Virus record (IMG/VR): IMGVR_UViG_3300036791_001907
Coordinates: 64,001-128,000 of that record
Source: a virus
DNA: 64,000 nucleotides
Strand: one strand, 5' to 3'
Part shown: positions 50,069 through 60,141 of the stretch, piece after piece
Position numbering within the stretch: position 1 is the first letter of the stretch
Layout of the letters: each line of letters opens with the position of its first letter
The notes under the pieces: generated by a model
Told to the model about the DNA's origin: nothing
The model's database searches: none
The model's input: the letters and a program-made list of their open reading frames with translations, nothing else
Made by a program: the position numbers and the translations under genes

Positions 50069-51192
50069 TCACGCCCGGTGGTCCTCTCTGTCCTGGGCTC
50101 TACGATCTGCTTCACCGCGCGTTCGGCGAGATCGTCATCGCCAACGAGGGGGAGGAGGTGGTCATCGCTGGCCAGCACTGGAATGCCACCGACGGCCGGA
50201 CCGAATGGGATATCATCCAGCCGGGGGAATACTACCGGGTGAACTGTCCATACTGCGGCGATGGCCGCAAGCGGCTCTGGTTTCACTACTGCTATGGTTC
50301 CCTGGACGGCAATGGGCGGATCATCAACTGGCTCGTGAACTGCTACAACGACGGCTGCCTGTCGGGGCATGACCGCCGCGCCATCGAGAACCGCCAGGAC
50401 CTGGAGATCCGCCTGTTCAACGCCGAGATGAGCGCCGGAGAGCGCGACCAGCTATTGACGACCCGGCCCGGGAACCGCGGCGACAACGGGCCGCTCACGG
50501 AAGTCATGATGCCGGGCAAAGTCATCACGCTGGACAAGCTATCCAGCAGTCACGAGGCGGTCCAGTACATCGAGGACCGGGGCTACGACGCGGCCAGGCT
50601 GGGCCGCAAGTATGGCCTGTGCTACTGTCGCCGCGCGTTCGAGTTCTCCCAGGTCCAGGGGCGGCTGATCATTCCGATCACGATGGATGGCCTTTTGGTC
50701 GGCTGGCAGGGCCGCTACATCGGCGAGCTGAACTGGAGCGCCTGCGGAGTCCGGAAGTACTACAACCTGCCCGGAATGAAGAAGCGCAAGATGCTTTATA
50801 ACTGGGACCGGGCGTCCCAGGGCCGGATCCTGGTTGTGGTCGAGGGCGTCACCGGCGTCTGGACCGTGGGCGACGCGGCGACGGCGCTTCTGGGCAAGTC
50901 GATCACCGCGCACCAGATGGACAAGCTGGCGCGGCTGCCGCACGTCGACGGCCCGCCCCGCTGTCTGGTGCTCATGCTCGACCCGGATGCCGACCAGGAC
51001 TACAGGGAGCGGCGGCGGCTGGACCTGGCCTGGAGCAGCCTCACGAACAACTACCTGAAGACCGGCGGCGCGGCGGTGCGCGTCCACCTGCCGGCGGGGA
51101 AGGATCCCGGGAACTTCGACCACGCGACGATCTGGGATCTGATCTATGCGGCCGGCGACGGGATGGGGGTTGATGTCGCCAGCTTCGCCTGA
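50065..51192 (+). CDS. DnaG-type DNA primase
   Basis: CPYCGD...NCYN.GC, RLIIPI, GWQGR, KYYN, VVEG, DPDAD, KDPG. Confidence 0.85.
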   Translation: MITPGGPLCPGLYDLLHRAFGEIVIANEGEEVVIAGQHWNATDGRTEWDIIQPGEYYRVNCPYCGDGRKRLWFHYCYGSLDGNGRIINWLVNCYNDGCLSGHDRRAIENRQDLEIRLFNAEMSAGERDQLLTTRPGNRGDNGPLTEVMMPGKVITLDKLSSSHEAVQYIEDRGYDAARLGRKYGLCYCRRAFEFSQVQGRLIIPITMDGLLVGWQGRYIGELNWSACGVRKYYNLPGMKKRKMLYNWDRASQGRILVVVEGVTGVWTVGDAATALLGKSITAHQMDKLARLPHVDGPPRCLVLMLDPDADQDYRERRRLDLAWSSLTNNYLKTGGAAVRVHLPAGKDPGNFDHATIWDLIYAAGDGMGVDVASFA

Positions 51193-51245
51193 TAGCAACC
51201 CCCTTTCCCGCGCATGCCTATCGCTGGCTGACAAGGGAGAAATGC

Positions 51246-54200
51246 ATGTCTGAACCTACCGCGGAACAACCCACGGCCTTCAAGACGATCACCCAGCTGC
51301 CACGCGAGCAGCGCTGGGAGCATTACGGCAAGAAGTTCCTGGTGCCGCTCGATCATCCGAACATCCCGCCCGCCGGTCCCGACTTCGCGCGCACCGTGCA
51401 CGATCTGATCGGCGCCAAGGTTGCGCCCAAGATGCCGCGCGATGATCTGGGCACGATCGGCGTGGACTATCTCTACCGCCATGCGCTCTACCGGCGCAAG
51501 TGGGAGCTTCAGGTCAACTTCAAGGGCCAGCTCCGGCAGGCGGAATTCCTGCCGGGCGGGCTCTGGACGTTGCCGCCCGTCTTCGACATCAAGAACAGCT
51601 CGGTGGACACCCACGATCATGAGTGGGCCGGTTACGCGCCGGTTGGTGGTCCGCGGAAGCTGGCCGCAGTCATGGTCGTCGGCAAGCATCCGGGCGCCGA
51701 GGAGCTGTTTTACAAGCAGAACTTCATCGGGCCGGCGTCGGCGGATCTGCACCGGGCACTCCGCGAGATCGGGGTGCCGCCGGAGGTGCGGCACAACTGG
51801 TACGTGACCAATGCGGTCAAGCACAACCGGCTTGATCCCACATCGGGGAACATGCAGCAGGCGTGGCTCAAGAACTGCGCGCCGCTGCTCTGGCAGGAGA
51901 TCCTCCTGGTCCGGCCCCGGTTCATCGTCTGCCTCGGTACCGAGGCGATCAAGGCCGTGCTGGGCAAGGGCTTCACGGTCACCAACATGACTGGCCGCGT
52001 GATCGAGAAGATGCTCAGAGTGCCGCCGGCCGCCGCCGGCACGCAGGCCGACTTCGAGAACCTGGACGACTATTTCGAGCACAAGATCCTGATCATGGGT
52101 CTGCCCCACCCGGCCTACATCTTTCGGGTGCCGGAGGCTTACCCTGATCTGGTCTCGGGCCTCACCAAGTTCCTCGAGCTGGTCGGCGGCGATCGGCCGC
52201 GCGACGTCGAGGAGGACCGCAAGCATGCGGCCTACCATGCCCAGTTTCCCCTGGCCAAGGCGATCGACAACATCCTCGAGAAGGCCCACCACGAATGGAA
52301 GTTTGATATCGACGGCGATCTCCCGGTCGCCTGGGACGCCGAGTGGCATGGCCGGCAGCCTGCGGATGCCGGGGCCTACCTGCGCACCATCCAGTTCGCC
52401 GTCGGGGAGAAGTACGACGAGGCACCCAAGAAGGCGACCTCCGTGGTCCTGACCGAGAAGGGCGGAGGTACGGGCTGGTTCCACTCCCGCGAGGAGGTTG
52501 CCGGCGAGCTGCGCCGTCTGGTCGAGGGCCGCCATCGCAACGACAAGATGCCGCTGGTCAGGACCCGCCATGGCGGCCACTTCTTCAAGGCCGACATCCC
52601 CTGGATCGATATGTTCCTGGGGATCAACTTCCGCCCGCTCTGGACGACCCTGCGGCCGCGGCGGGAAAAGTCGGAGGAGGAGCCGGAAGGCGAACCAAAG
52701 GTCCAGCGGTTCGACGGCGTGGAATTTCGCAAGCAGCTCGCCGCCTACAAGGAGGAGGAGCGGAAGGCCACGGATGATGACCGAGCGCCACAGTGGTCGG
52801 CACCGGATCCTGCGGACAGGTCCTTCATTCGGGGGCATGAGCCCTGGGAGCTGACCCGCTACATGGGCGGCTTCGACACCTGCTACATGGCACACGCGGT
52901 CTTCGAGGCCGCGGAGAGCTTCGGCCTGGAGTCGCTGGCGCTGCGCTGGACGACGTGCCCGCGCTGGAGCACCGACATCGAGCAGGCCAAGATCCGGATC
53001 GCCAAGGAAATGGGGATCAAGCTCCGTGATCTGATCGGCTACGGCGACATTCCCGATCACGAGATCCTGCCCTACGCCTGCTACGACGCCGACGCGACGC
53101 TTCGCCTCTTCTGGAAGTTCAACTTCGCGCGGGCGCCCCGTGAGGGGGAGGGGTTCCTCGATCACGATGTCCACCATCAGAATTCCCGTGAGGCGTTCTG
53201 GCGGACGATGCTCGCCGGGCTGGCATTCCTGGAGATGGAGGAGACCGGCGTGGCGGTCGATGTCGACCGCGGCAAGGAGCTGATCAAGGTCTTCGAGCTG
53301 GTCAAGGAGCGCCTGACCACATCGCTTCGCGACGATCTGGGCTGGCCGGCGTTCAACCCCAACTCAGCGCCCCAGGTGCGGGCGTGGCTCTTCGGCGAGG
53401 AGTACAGCGGCGCGATCGACAAGAAGACCGGCAAGGGCCGGCCGCTCATGCCGCGGAAGGACATGTCCCTCGGCAAGGTGCCCATCAAGACCACGGGCAA
53501 GCCGCCCAAGGCGTGGGAGCAGGTCCAGTACAAGGACGCCAAGCTGTATACGCCGGCCGTGGACAAGGAGGTGCTGGGGATCTACGCCTGGGAGGATCCC
53601 CGGATCAAGAAGTTGCGGGACATCCGGTATGTTCGCCAGGTGCTCCAGTCGGTGCTCCGTCCCCCCAAGGTCGGCGAGGCCGTTGTCCCTGATGGTGACG
53701 GCGGCATTGTCTACGATGAACTCGACGAGTTCGATGGCGGCTTCCTGAGTTATGTCAGCCCGCGCGACGGCCGGGTACGGAGCCGGTTCGCGCCCGTGGA
53801 GACCCGGCGCTGCTCGTCGGCCGGTCCCAACCTCCAGAACCTGGCCAAGCGCCGGGAGGATGACTACGGACGGATCCTCGGGCACTACGACGACGAGGGC
53901 AAGCTCAAGGGGGACTACCTGGACATCCTGGGCGGGCCGCTCTATCGCGACCCGATCCGCTCGATCGTGACGGCGGACCTCTGGGACGGCGTGCCCACGG
54001 TCCTGATGGAGTTCGACATCGTCTCGGCCGAGATCGCCGCCCTGGCCTGGGAGTCGGGCGATCCGCAGATGATCGCGGACGTCACCCGGGCCATGCTCGA
54101 TGAGGATGATCCCAAGTTCCTGGATATCCACGGCGCCACCGCCGTGGAGGCGTTCAAGCTCAGCTGCGCGCCGACCAAGAAGGGCCTCAAGTCGATCGGC

Positions 54201-54896
54201 AAGCCGGGCCTGCGGGTGGCCGCCAAGAACGTGCGGTTCGGCGTGCCCTACGGCCGCAGCGCCGAGGCACTGGCGCGGCAGTGCCGCGAGGAGGGTGCGG
54301 ACGTCTCGGTGCGGGACTGTCAGCGGCTGATCATCAACTATCACAAGCGCTACCCGCTGGCCAGCCATTTCCTGGACGCGTGCGAGGCGATCCCGGCTGC
54401 CGACAAACCGTTCATGGTCGGGGCATTCGGCGGGATGCGCCGGTTCCAGCGAGTCGACGACCGGTCGGTCCTGGCCGACCAGGGTCGCTCGGCCAAGAAC
54501 TACCCCATTCAGAACCTGGTGGCCGACGCCATCCTCCTGGGCATGTACAACCTGCTCCAGGTCCGCGCCGAGATGGGGCTCGAGAACGCGTTTCAGATCG
54601 TGCTCCAGATCCACGACGCCATCATGCTGCGGGTCAAGGTCCCGTACATCGCGACCGTCCGCGACGAGGTCATTCCGGTGGCGCTGAAGGAGCGGGTGCC
54701 GATCATGCCACGAACCCTCAAGGGCACTCCGTTCTCTGAGGTGAAGAAGGAAGAGCCGGAGCGCGGCTATCTCCATCTGGACAAACCCTACCGGTTCAAG
54801 GTGGACTGTTCAGTGTTCCTGAACTGGGGACAGGCGATCGATCCCGTGCACGGTCGGTCGCTGGGGATCCCCGAACAGTATCTCGGCAGCAAGTGA
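51246..54896 (+). CDS. polA: Family A DNA polymerase with N-terminal uracil-DNA-glycosylase-like domain and 3'-5' exonuclease (SPO1-type)
   Basis: VGKHPGAEE..FIG, YVTNAVKH, PHPAY; WDAEW, FDT, YACYDA; PNLQN, DIVSAE, KNVRFGVPYG, NYPIQ, QIHDA. Confidence 0.92.
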   Translation: MSEPTAEQPTAFKTITQLPREQRWEHYGKKFLVPLDHPNIPPAGPDFARTVHDLIGAKVAPKMPRDDLGTIGVDYLYRHALYRRKWELQVNFKGQLRQAEFLPGGLWTLPPVFDIKNSSVDTHDHEWAGYAPVGGPRKLAAVMVVGKHPGAEELFYKQNFIGPASADLHRALREIGVPPEVRHNWYVTNAVKHNRLDPTSGNMQQAWLKNCAPLLWQEILLVRPRFIVCLGTEAIKAVLGKGFTVTNMTGRVIEKMLRVPPAAAGTQADFENLDDYFEHKILIMGLPHPAYIFRVPEAYPDLVSGLTKFLELVGGDRPRDVEEDRKHAAYHAQFPLAKAIDNILEKAHHEWKFDIDGDLPVAWDAEWHGRQPADAGAYLRTIQFAVGEKYDEAPKKATSVVLTEKGGGTGWFHSREEVAGELRRLVEGRHRNDKMPLVRTRHGGHFFKADIPWIDMFLGINFRPLWTTLRPRREKSEEEPEGEPKVQRFDGVEFRKQLAAYKEEERKATDDDRAPQWSAPDPADRSFIRGHEPWELTRYMGGFDTCYMAHAVFEAAESFGLESLALRWTTCPRWSTDIEQAKIRIAKEMGIKLRDLIGYGDIPDHEILPYACYDADATLRLFWKFNFARAPREGEGFLDHDVHHQNSREAFWRTMLAGLAFLEMEETGVAVDVDRGKELIKVFELVKERLTTSLRDDLGWPAFNPNSAPQVRAWLFGEEYSGAIDKKTGKGRPLMPRKDMSLGKVPIKTTGKPPKAWEQVQYKDAKLYTPAVDKEVLGIYAWEDPRIKKLRDIRYVRQVLQSVLRPPKVGEAVVPDGDGGIVYDELDEFDGGFLSYVSPRDGRVRSRFAPVETRRCSSAGPNLQNLAKRREDDYGRILGHYDDEGKLKGDYLDILGGPLYRDPIRSIVTADLWDGVPTVLMEFDIVSAEIAALAWESGDPQMIADVTRAMLDEDDPKFLDIHGATAVEAFKLSCAPTKKGLKSIGKPGLRVAAKNVRFGVPYGRSAEALARQCREEGADVSVRDCQRLIINYHKRYPLASHFLDACEAIPAADKPFMVGAFGGMRRFQRVDDRSVLADQGRSAKNYPIQNLVADAILLGMYNLLQVRAEMGLENAFQIVLQIHDAIMLRVKVPYIATVRDEVIPVALKERVPIMPRTLKGTPFSEVKKEEPERGYLHLDKPYRFKVDCSVFLNWGQAIDPVHGRSLGIPEQYLGSK

Positions 54897-54911
54897 CGAC
54901 AGGACGGAGCC

Positions 54912-55991
54912 GTGGCGAAGAAGGGCCTGATCATCGTGCCCAAGCCAGGCGATCTGCTGGCGGCCTTGGCGGGCAAACCCACGCGCGCCGAGGTCGCCGA
55001 CTATTACTCCGGTCCTGTCATGTCGGAGGCCGAGTTCAAGAACGAGATGCTGGCCTCGTGGCCCGCTGAGCCAGCCGTCCCGCCGAAGCCAATGGAGTCT
55101 TCCGTCCAGAAAGCCATGGACGCAGTCAATGACTTCACCCGGCTCAAGATGCGAGAGGACGGGTTCTACAAGAAGATCATGCCGCCCCTGACGGTCAGCA
55201 AGAATGAACTGGGCCCACAGGTCGGCGATCAGGTAACGATAGGAGTGGATCTGGCTTCAGGGCACCCGGGCGGTCATGCCATGACCGTCATGGACGTGTC
55301 GGATAATACAGTGCTCTTGCAGAATGGCTGGAGCGTATCCGTTCCGTCCGAGGGTCTCAAGGAGACTCCAGCGGGCGCCGAGAACCCCATCCTGTTCTCC
55401 GATCCCAAGTTCATCGGCAAGTCGTTCGCTGTCGATGATACGACCGCCTACGTCAAGAAGGAGTCGCATCTCCTTGAGTTCTTCGCTTATGAGACCGTGG
55501 GCGCGGCAATTGGCGATGCCGGCGCCATCGCGGAGGGCGAATGGGACGAGGACGACGACGACGACGACGACGAGGAGACCAGTGTGGATATTGCCTTCTG
55601 GTACTACCGGTCAACGGTCCTGATCTACTCCGTGCGGCGGGTGAGTGATAACTTCTTCTACGACTTCGCCACCAAGCGGTTCTCGCTGATGCCGGTCAGT
55701 CCCCGCGCCGGCATGCCCGTGGCCGAGCCCGTCCGACCGGGTTATCTCTACAGCACCCGCCTGTCGGGCAAGCTCGATGACGGCGAGTACATCGTCACCT
55801 ATCGCGACACCCAGGCCGGTGACGTGGTCATCGGCATCATGGCCCTGTTCATGGAGAATGGCGCGCAGCAGCAGGCGCCGGTCGCAGGGCTGGAGAACAC
55901 GCCCGTCGAGGAAGGCTTGCCCGTGCCGGAAGGCATGTTCCGCCGGGCGGGACAGCGGGTGCGGCCGGTCGATACCGGCGCATCGGAGTAG
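54912..55991 (+). CDS. Mosaic hypothetical protein with capsid-protein-like segments
   Basis: AVNDFTRLKMREDGFYKKIMPPL and PKFIGKSF..DDTTAYVKKE..LLEFFAYETVG. Confidence 0.55.
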   Translation: MAKKGLIIVPKPGDLLAALAGKPTRAEVADYYSGPVMSEAEFKNEMLASWPAEPAVPPKPMESSVQKAMDAVNDFTRLKMREDGFYKKIMPPLTVSKNELGPQVGDQVTIGVDLASGHPGGHAMTVMDVSDNTVLLQNGWSVSVPSEGLKETPAGAENPILFSDPKFIGKSFAVDDTTAYVKKESHLLEFFAYETVGAAIGDAGAIAEGEWDEDDDDDDDEETSVDIAFWYYRSTVLIYSVRRVSDNFFYDFATKRFSLMPVSPRAGMPVAEPVRPGYLYSTRLSGKLDDGEYIVTYRDTQAGDVVIGIMALFMENGAQQQAPVAGLENTPVEEGLPVPEGMFRRAGQRVRPVDTGASE

Positions 55992-56128
55992 TCCAACAGA
56001 TCCCGTTACAGCGGGCCACGGATGGTGCTTGCCGGAGCCCGGCGAGCCTGCTAGGATGCGCATGCTCGACTTGATCGGGCAGCTAAAACTGTGATCTGTG
56101 AATGGGAATGTGCGACAGGAGAAGTGAC

Positions 56129-57883
56129 ATGACTCGCGCCCAACAGGGCGATGAGGCGCCCGAGCGTTCGTACGTCTCGTCCATGTTCGACGACGACAGC
56201 CGGTACAGCGGCAACCTGTTCGTCGATACCGACCTCGTGACGCCGATGAAGTCCCTCTGGCAGGTGCCAGGGACGAGGCTCAAGCAATTCGACTCGGTCC
56301 TGCGGATCTTGCCCGGCAAGCGCAATGACGGTCGCTGGTCGGCGTTCCGCACCAACCCCGGCAAGGGGCAATTCGGCCGCTGGATCTACTCGGCCTGGGC
56401 GGCCCGTTCGATCGGCGATCCCGCGGTGACGTTCTTCCTCTGCTCCGATGCCGACGTGCAGGATCACAACTACGATCCCCGCCAGCATCCGGTCTACATC
56501 CTCTACAACGCCATTTACTACGCGGTGGAAGAGGTCAACAAGCACGTCAAACCGCACTGGGCGCCGATGGTCACCTCGAAACAGCGCAAGGTGATCAAGA
56601 AGCCGGGACCGATGTTCCTGGTGCAGTGCCTGGTGTACGGCCGCGGCGACAAGATCTACGACCCGCCGATGGGCACGGAAGAGGGGGAGAAGGTCGTCTG
56701 CTTCGATCTGGCCTCGGACGGCGGCAAGACGTTGCGGGCGCTCCTGGATCAGCGCAAGAGCCGCGACGAGCTGCCCGAGTCGGATGAGGCCGTGAACTTC
56801 GCCGACTACTACAAGTACGGCGACATCACCGCCTTCGACGGCGGCAAGTTCGTGCAGCTGTTCCCGGCCGGTCAGAACCCCAACCGCGACGGTCCTGGTC
56901 CGGCGGCGCAGGGGCCACGGCGGTCGCTTTCCAAGGCTGCGGTGGCCGAGAGCCGCACCCGCGCCCAGCAGGCGATCGACAGCGATCGTGACAAGATCGG
57001 CTACGAGGTCGCCATCCTCGATGAGTACCAGGGCTGGGAACCCAGCATCGCACCGGATCTCGCCGAGGCACTCGCGGCCAAGATCTACCCGTGGCCCGAG
57101 CTCATCAAGGTGCCGGATCACAAGATGGCGGCCAGCTACCTCTGGAGCCGGATGCGGTTCGGCGGCGAGCTGAAGCTCGATGTCCTGCTCTACGCCTGGC
57201 GGGATCATCCTGACTGGCTGCCCCCCAAGGACTCCGACGTCTGGTCCGAATGGGTCAACCGGCGGCAGATCGCCCCGCGCGGCTACGATCCCGACGCGGG
57301 CGAGGAGGACGAGGATGATCAGCCGGCGGCAGCGCCGCAGGAAGATGCTGATCGCCGTCCCCGCCGCCGCGCCGGTGATGCCGCCGAGCGCGCTGATGAT
57401 CTACCGCGGCGCCGCGCCGGTGATGCGGCCGAACGCACCGAACCGGCGCCCGCCGCACCGGCTCCGGATGATGAGGAGCCGCCGCCGCAGCGCGGGTCGC
57501 GGATGGTCGAGCGGCAGCAGACGACCAGCCCGCCGCCCACCAGCCCGCCGGCCACGACCGATCAGGAGCAGCCCCTGCGGGGGCGCGTGAGCCGGAGCCG
57601 GCCGAAGCCGGCCCAGGTGGAGGATACCACGGTTGCCGCGGACGCGATCGCCGGCGCGCGGGCCGCGCCGGATCCGGCGGCCAATGCCACGGCCTTCCGG
57701 CCCAGCAAGGCCGCGGCGGCAGCGGTTGCCGATAACGACGGCGAGGATCGACCCGCCACCAAAACGGCCGGCGGGTTCGCCGCGCCTCCGCCATCCGCAG
57801 CGGCGCCGCCGGTAGGGACCGGCAAGCGCGATCCCAAGGAGATCCTGGCGGCGGCGCGGGCCAGTTTCACCCGCACCAAGTAA
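56129..57883 (+). CDS. Possible ssDNA-binding/recombination protein with long disordered C-terminus
   Basis: VLRILP motif, aromatic-rich N-domain, position between polA and recA; RRRAGDAAER occurs twice. Confidence 0.5.
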   Translation: MTRAQQGDEAPERSYVSSMFDDDSRYSGNLFVDTDLVTPMKSLWQVPGTRLKQFDSVLRILPGKRNDGRWSAFRTNPGKGQFGRWIYSAWAARSIGDPAVTFFLCSDADVQDHNYDPRQHPVYILYNAIYYAVEEVNKHVKPHWAPMVTSKQRKVIKKPGPMFLVQCLVYGRGDKIYDPPMGTEEGEKVVCFDLASDGGKTLRALLDQRKSRDELPESDEAVNFADYYKYGDITAFDGGKFVQLFPAGQNPNRDGPGPAAQGPRRSLSKAAVAESRTRAQQAIDSDRDKIGYEVAILDEYQGWEPSIAPDLAEALAAKIYPWPELIKVPDHKMAASYLWSRMRFGGELKLDVLLYAWRDHPDWLPPKDSDVWSEWVNRRQIAPRGYDPDAGEEDEDDQPAAAPQEDADRRPRRRAGDAAERADDLPRRRAGDAAERTEPAPAAPAPDDEEPPPQRGSRMVERQQTTSPPPTSPPATTDQEQPLRGRVSRSRPKPAQVEDTTVAADAIAGARAAPDPAANATAFRPSKAAAAAVADNDGEDRPATKTAGGFAAPPPSAAAPPVGTGKRDPKEILAAARASFTRTK

Positions 57884-57899
57884 CAGGACGCGGCATCCG

Positions 57900-57925
57900 G
57901 CGGGCAGATCAGCTGATCTGCCCGC
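57900..57925. promoter_or_regulatory. Perfect 26-bp palindrome upstream of recA
   Basis: GCGGGCAGATCAGCTGATCTGCCCGC. Confidence 0.6.
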
Positions 57926-57946
57926 GTCTGCGCAGGGGAGGTTCTC

Positions 57947-59500
57947 ATGACCAGGAAGGGGTTCCGGAAGGGACCCAGCAAGGGTGCCGCGGCGAGTAAC
58001 GGTCAACCCACAGCGAAACCGGCGGCGAAACCTCGTACCAGGAAAGCAGCGGGCGGCAAGCCCAAGTTCAAGCCGCCGCCGAAGGTCAAGGCCGGTGACG
58101 CGGCCCGCGCCGGTTTGAAGATCTATCACGAGAGCGTCAAGGAGCTCGGCCACGAGGTGGCCTCGGACGCGGCCTGGACAGCACAGGTCGCGGTGCACCA
58201 GCGGGATAACGACCGCAAGGATCTGATCGTGGCGGGCGAGGCCCGCAAGCTGGTGGTGGGGATCCCGCTGCCCAGCCTGGCGCTCATGCACCTGTTCCAG
58301 TCGAACGTGCTGCCGGTGGGCCGGATCTACCAGATCACCGGCGAGGAGGGCTCCTCCAAGTCCAGCTTTCTTGCGGAGATGATGCGCTGGGTGCTGATCT
58401 ACTCCGGCTACGCGATGGTCTTCGAGGTCGAGGGCAAGGACATCGCCGAGCTGCGCGAGGCGATCTGGGAGTACAACTCCACCTGGCTCAATGTCCGCAG
58501 CCTGATCGATCCCTGCGACTCGCTGAACCACTGGATGCGGAACCTGGGCAAGGAGATCGGCGAGGTCACTCGCTACAACGAGGGCTACGGCGGCTCACCC
58601 GGTATTGGCTGGCGCAACCCCTACATCTTCGGGGTCGACGCCTTCACGTCGGCGGGGGCCGACGAGACGATCGTCAAGATCGGCAAGGAGGGCGCTCCGG
58701 GCCGGAGCCACCCGATCGAGGCCAACCTGATCGCCCAGTACAGCCGCACCTGGACCGACAAGCTCCGCGGCACCTCGATCATCGTTGCCGGCACCAACCA
58801 CCTGAAGCCCAAGCGGGATGACCAGGGCAATGAGATCTCGCACTCGCCGGGCGGCAAGGCGCTGAAGTTCATGGAGTCGGTCGAGATCCAGATGCGGCGG
58901 CTGGGCAAGTACAAGGAGGCCGCCAAGTCCGGGGTCTGGCTCTGGATCGAGACGATGAAGAGTTCGATCGGCGAGCGGCTGAAGTCGGTGCGGGTCGCCA
59001 TGGTCTGGGACTGGCGGTATCACGACGATGTCGCCGACTGGCGGCAGCATGCCTACTTCGACTGGCACACGGCGACCCTGGATACGCTGCTCCAGTACGA
59101 GGCCGACAAGGACTCGAAGAAGACCTGGAACGCGATCAACGACATCGTCGATATCAACGCGGTGGCGCAGGGGCGCTACTGGTCTTACCGGCTGGGGATC
59201 CCTAAAGAAAAGCCGGTGCGGCGTCATGAATTCGGCCGGGCCCTGGACTACGATCGCGGGGTTTGCCGCGAGCTGTTCCCGATCCTGGGTATCACCCGGC
59301 GGCCGGTGTTCCGGCCGGGCGAACGGCTCGTGGACACCATCGTGATGGCCTCGGCGAAGACCGATGCCGAGCTGCCCGACTACTATGCCGAGTACGACGC
59401 GAACCTGAATGACTTCGCCGATGTCACGGAGAACCTGCATCGGGGCCGGACGGCGCGGCCCAAGGACGCGCCGGTCGCGGAGGAAGACGACGACGCATGA
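57947..59500 (+). CDS. recA: RecA/UvsX-like recombinase
   Basis: PVGRIYQITGEEGSSKS, FEVE, FGVDA, TNH, SPGGKALKF. Confidence 0.85.
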   Translation: MTRKGFRKGPSKGAAASNGQPTAKPAAKPRTRKAAGGKPKFKPPPKVKAGDAARAGLKIYHESVKELGHEVASDAAWTAQVAVHQRDNDRKDLIVAGEARKLVVGIPLPSLALMHLFQSNVLPVGRIYQITGEEGSSKSSFLAEMMRWVLIYSGYAMVFEVEGKDIAELREAIWEYNSTWLNVRSLIDPCDSLNHWMRNLGKEIGEVTRYNEGYGGSPGIGWRNPYIFGVDAFTSAGADETIVKIGKEGAPGRSHPIEANLIAQYSRTWTDKLRGTSIIVAGTNHLKPKRDDQGNEISHSPGGKALKFMESVEIQMRRLGKYKEAAKSGVWLWIETMKSSIGERLKSVRVAMVWDWRYHDDVADWRQHAYFDWHTATLDTLLQYEADKDSKKTWNAINDIVDINAVAQGRYWSYRLGIPKEKPVRRHEFGRALDYDRGVCRELFPILGITRRPVFRPGERLVDTIVMASAKTDAELPDYYAEYDANLNDFADVTENLHRGRTARPKDAPVAEEDDDA

Positions 59501-60141
59501 GCTATGATCAGCGCGAGGAAGATGAGCTGTGGCGCGCCGCGGCGCGCGAGGGTGCGGCCCAGGCCGCCGGCGTGGCGCTGGAGGCCTACGAACGATCGGT
59601 GATCGCGCACATCCTCAAGGTGGGCGAGATTGCCAACGGGATGTCGCAGCTCCGTGCCCGGGCGCGCGAGGAGCTGGGAGAGCCGACGGTCAGCCTGCGG
59701 CTGTTCAATGCGCACACCGACTTCCCGCTCCGGCTGGTCGCGGCTAAGCTGAGGCTCGTCGGGATGCCCATGGGGGATGTCTTCAAGCGGCCCACGGCCA
59801 CGCCCATTCATCGGGCTTACGCGGAGGCCGTGCTGGAATACCCGGACGAGCAGGCGCTCGTGCTGGTGTTCCGGTGGCGGGGCTACGGCGAGCGCATGGT
59901 CCTGCACACGCTGCCCCGGGAATTCGGCGAGCCGGGCCAGGCCAGCCGGACCAAGCTGATCTACGCGGTGGGACGGCCGAAGCTGCCGCCGATGATCTAC
60001 ACGATCGAGGACATGGACGGCCTGCTGGCGGCGATCGGCTGGACGCAGCCCAATGAACAACACGCTGTACATCGATCCCGAAACCGTGGTGTACGCCGAG
60101 GGCGAGGAGGCCGCGCTGGCGGCCCGGCTGGTCGCCACTGA
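59497..60141 (+). CDS. Hypothetical protein
   Basis: Coupled to recA. Confidence 0.55.
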   Translation: MSYDQREEDELWRAAAREGAAQAAGVALEAYERSVIAHILKVGEIANGMSQLRARAREELGEPTVSLRLFNAHTDFPLRLVAAKLRLVGMPMGDVFKRPTATPIHRAYAEAVLEYPDEQALVLVFRWRGYGERMVLHTLPREFGEPGQASRTKLIYAVGRPKLPPMIYTIEDMDGLLAAIGWTQPNEQHAVHRSRNRGVRRGRGGRAGGPAGRH

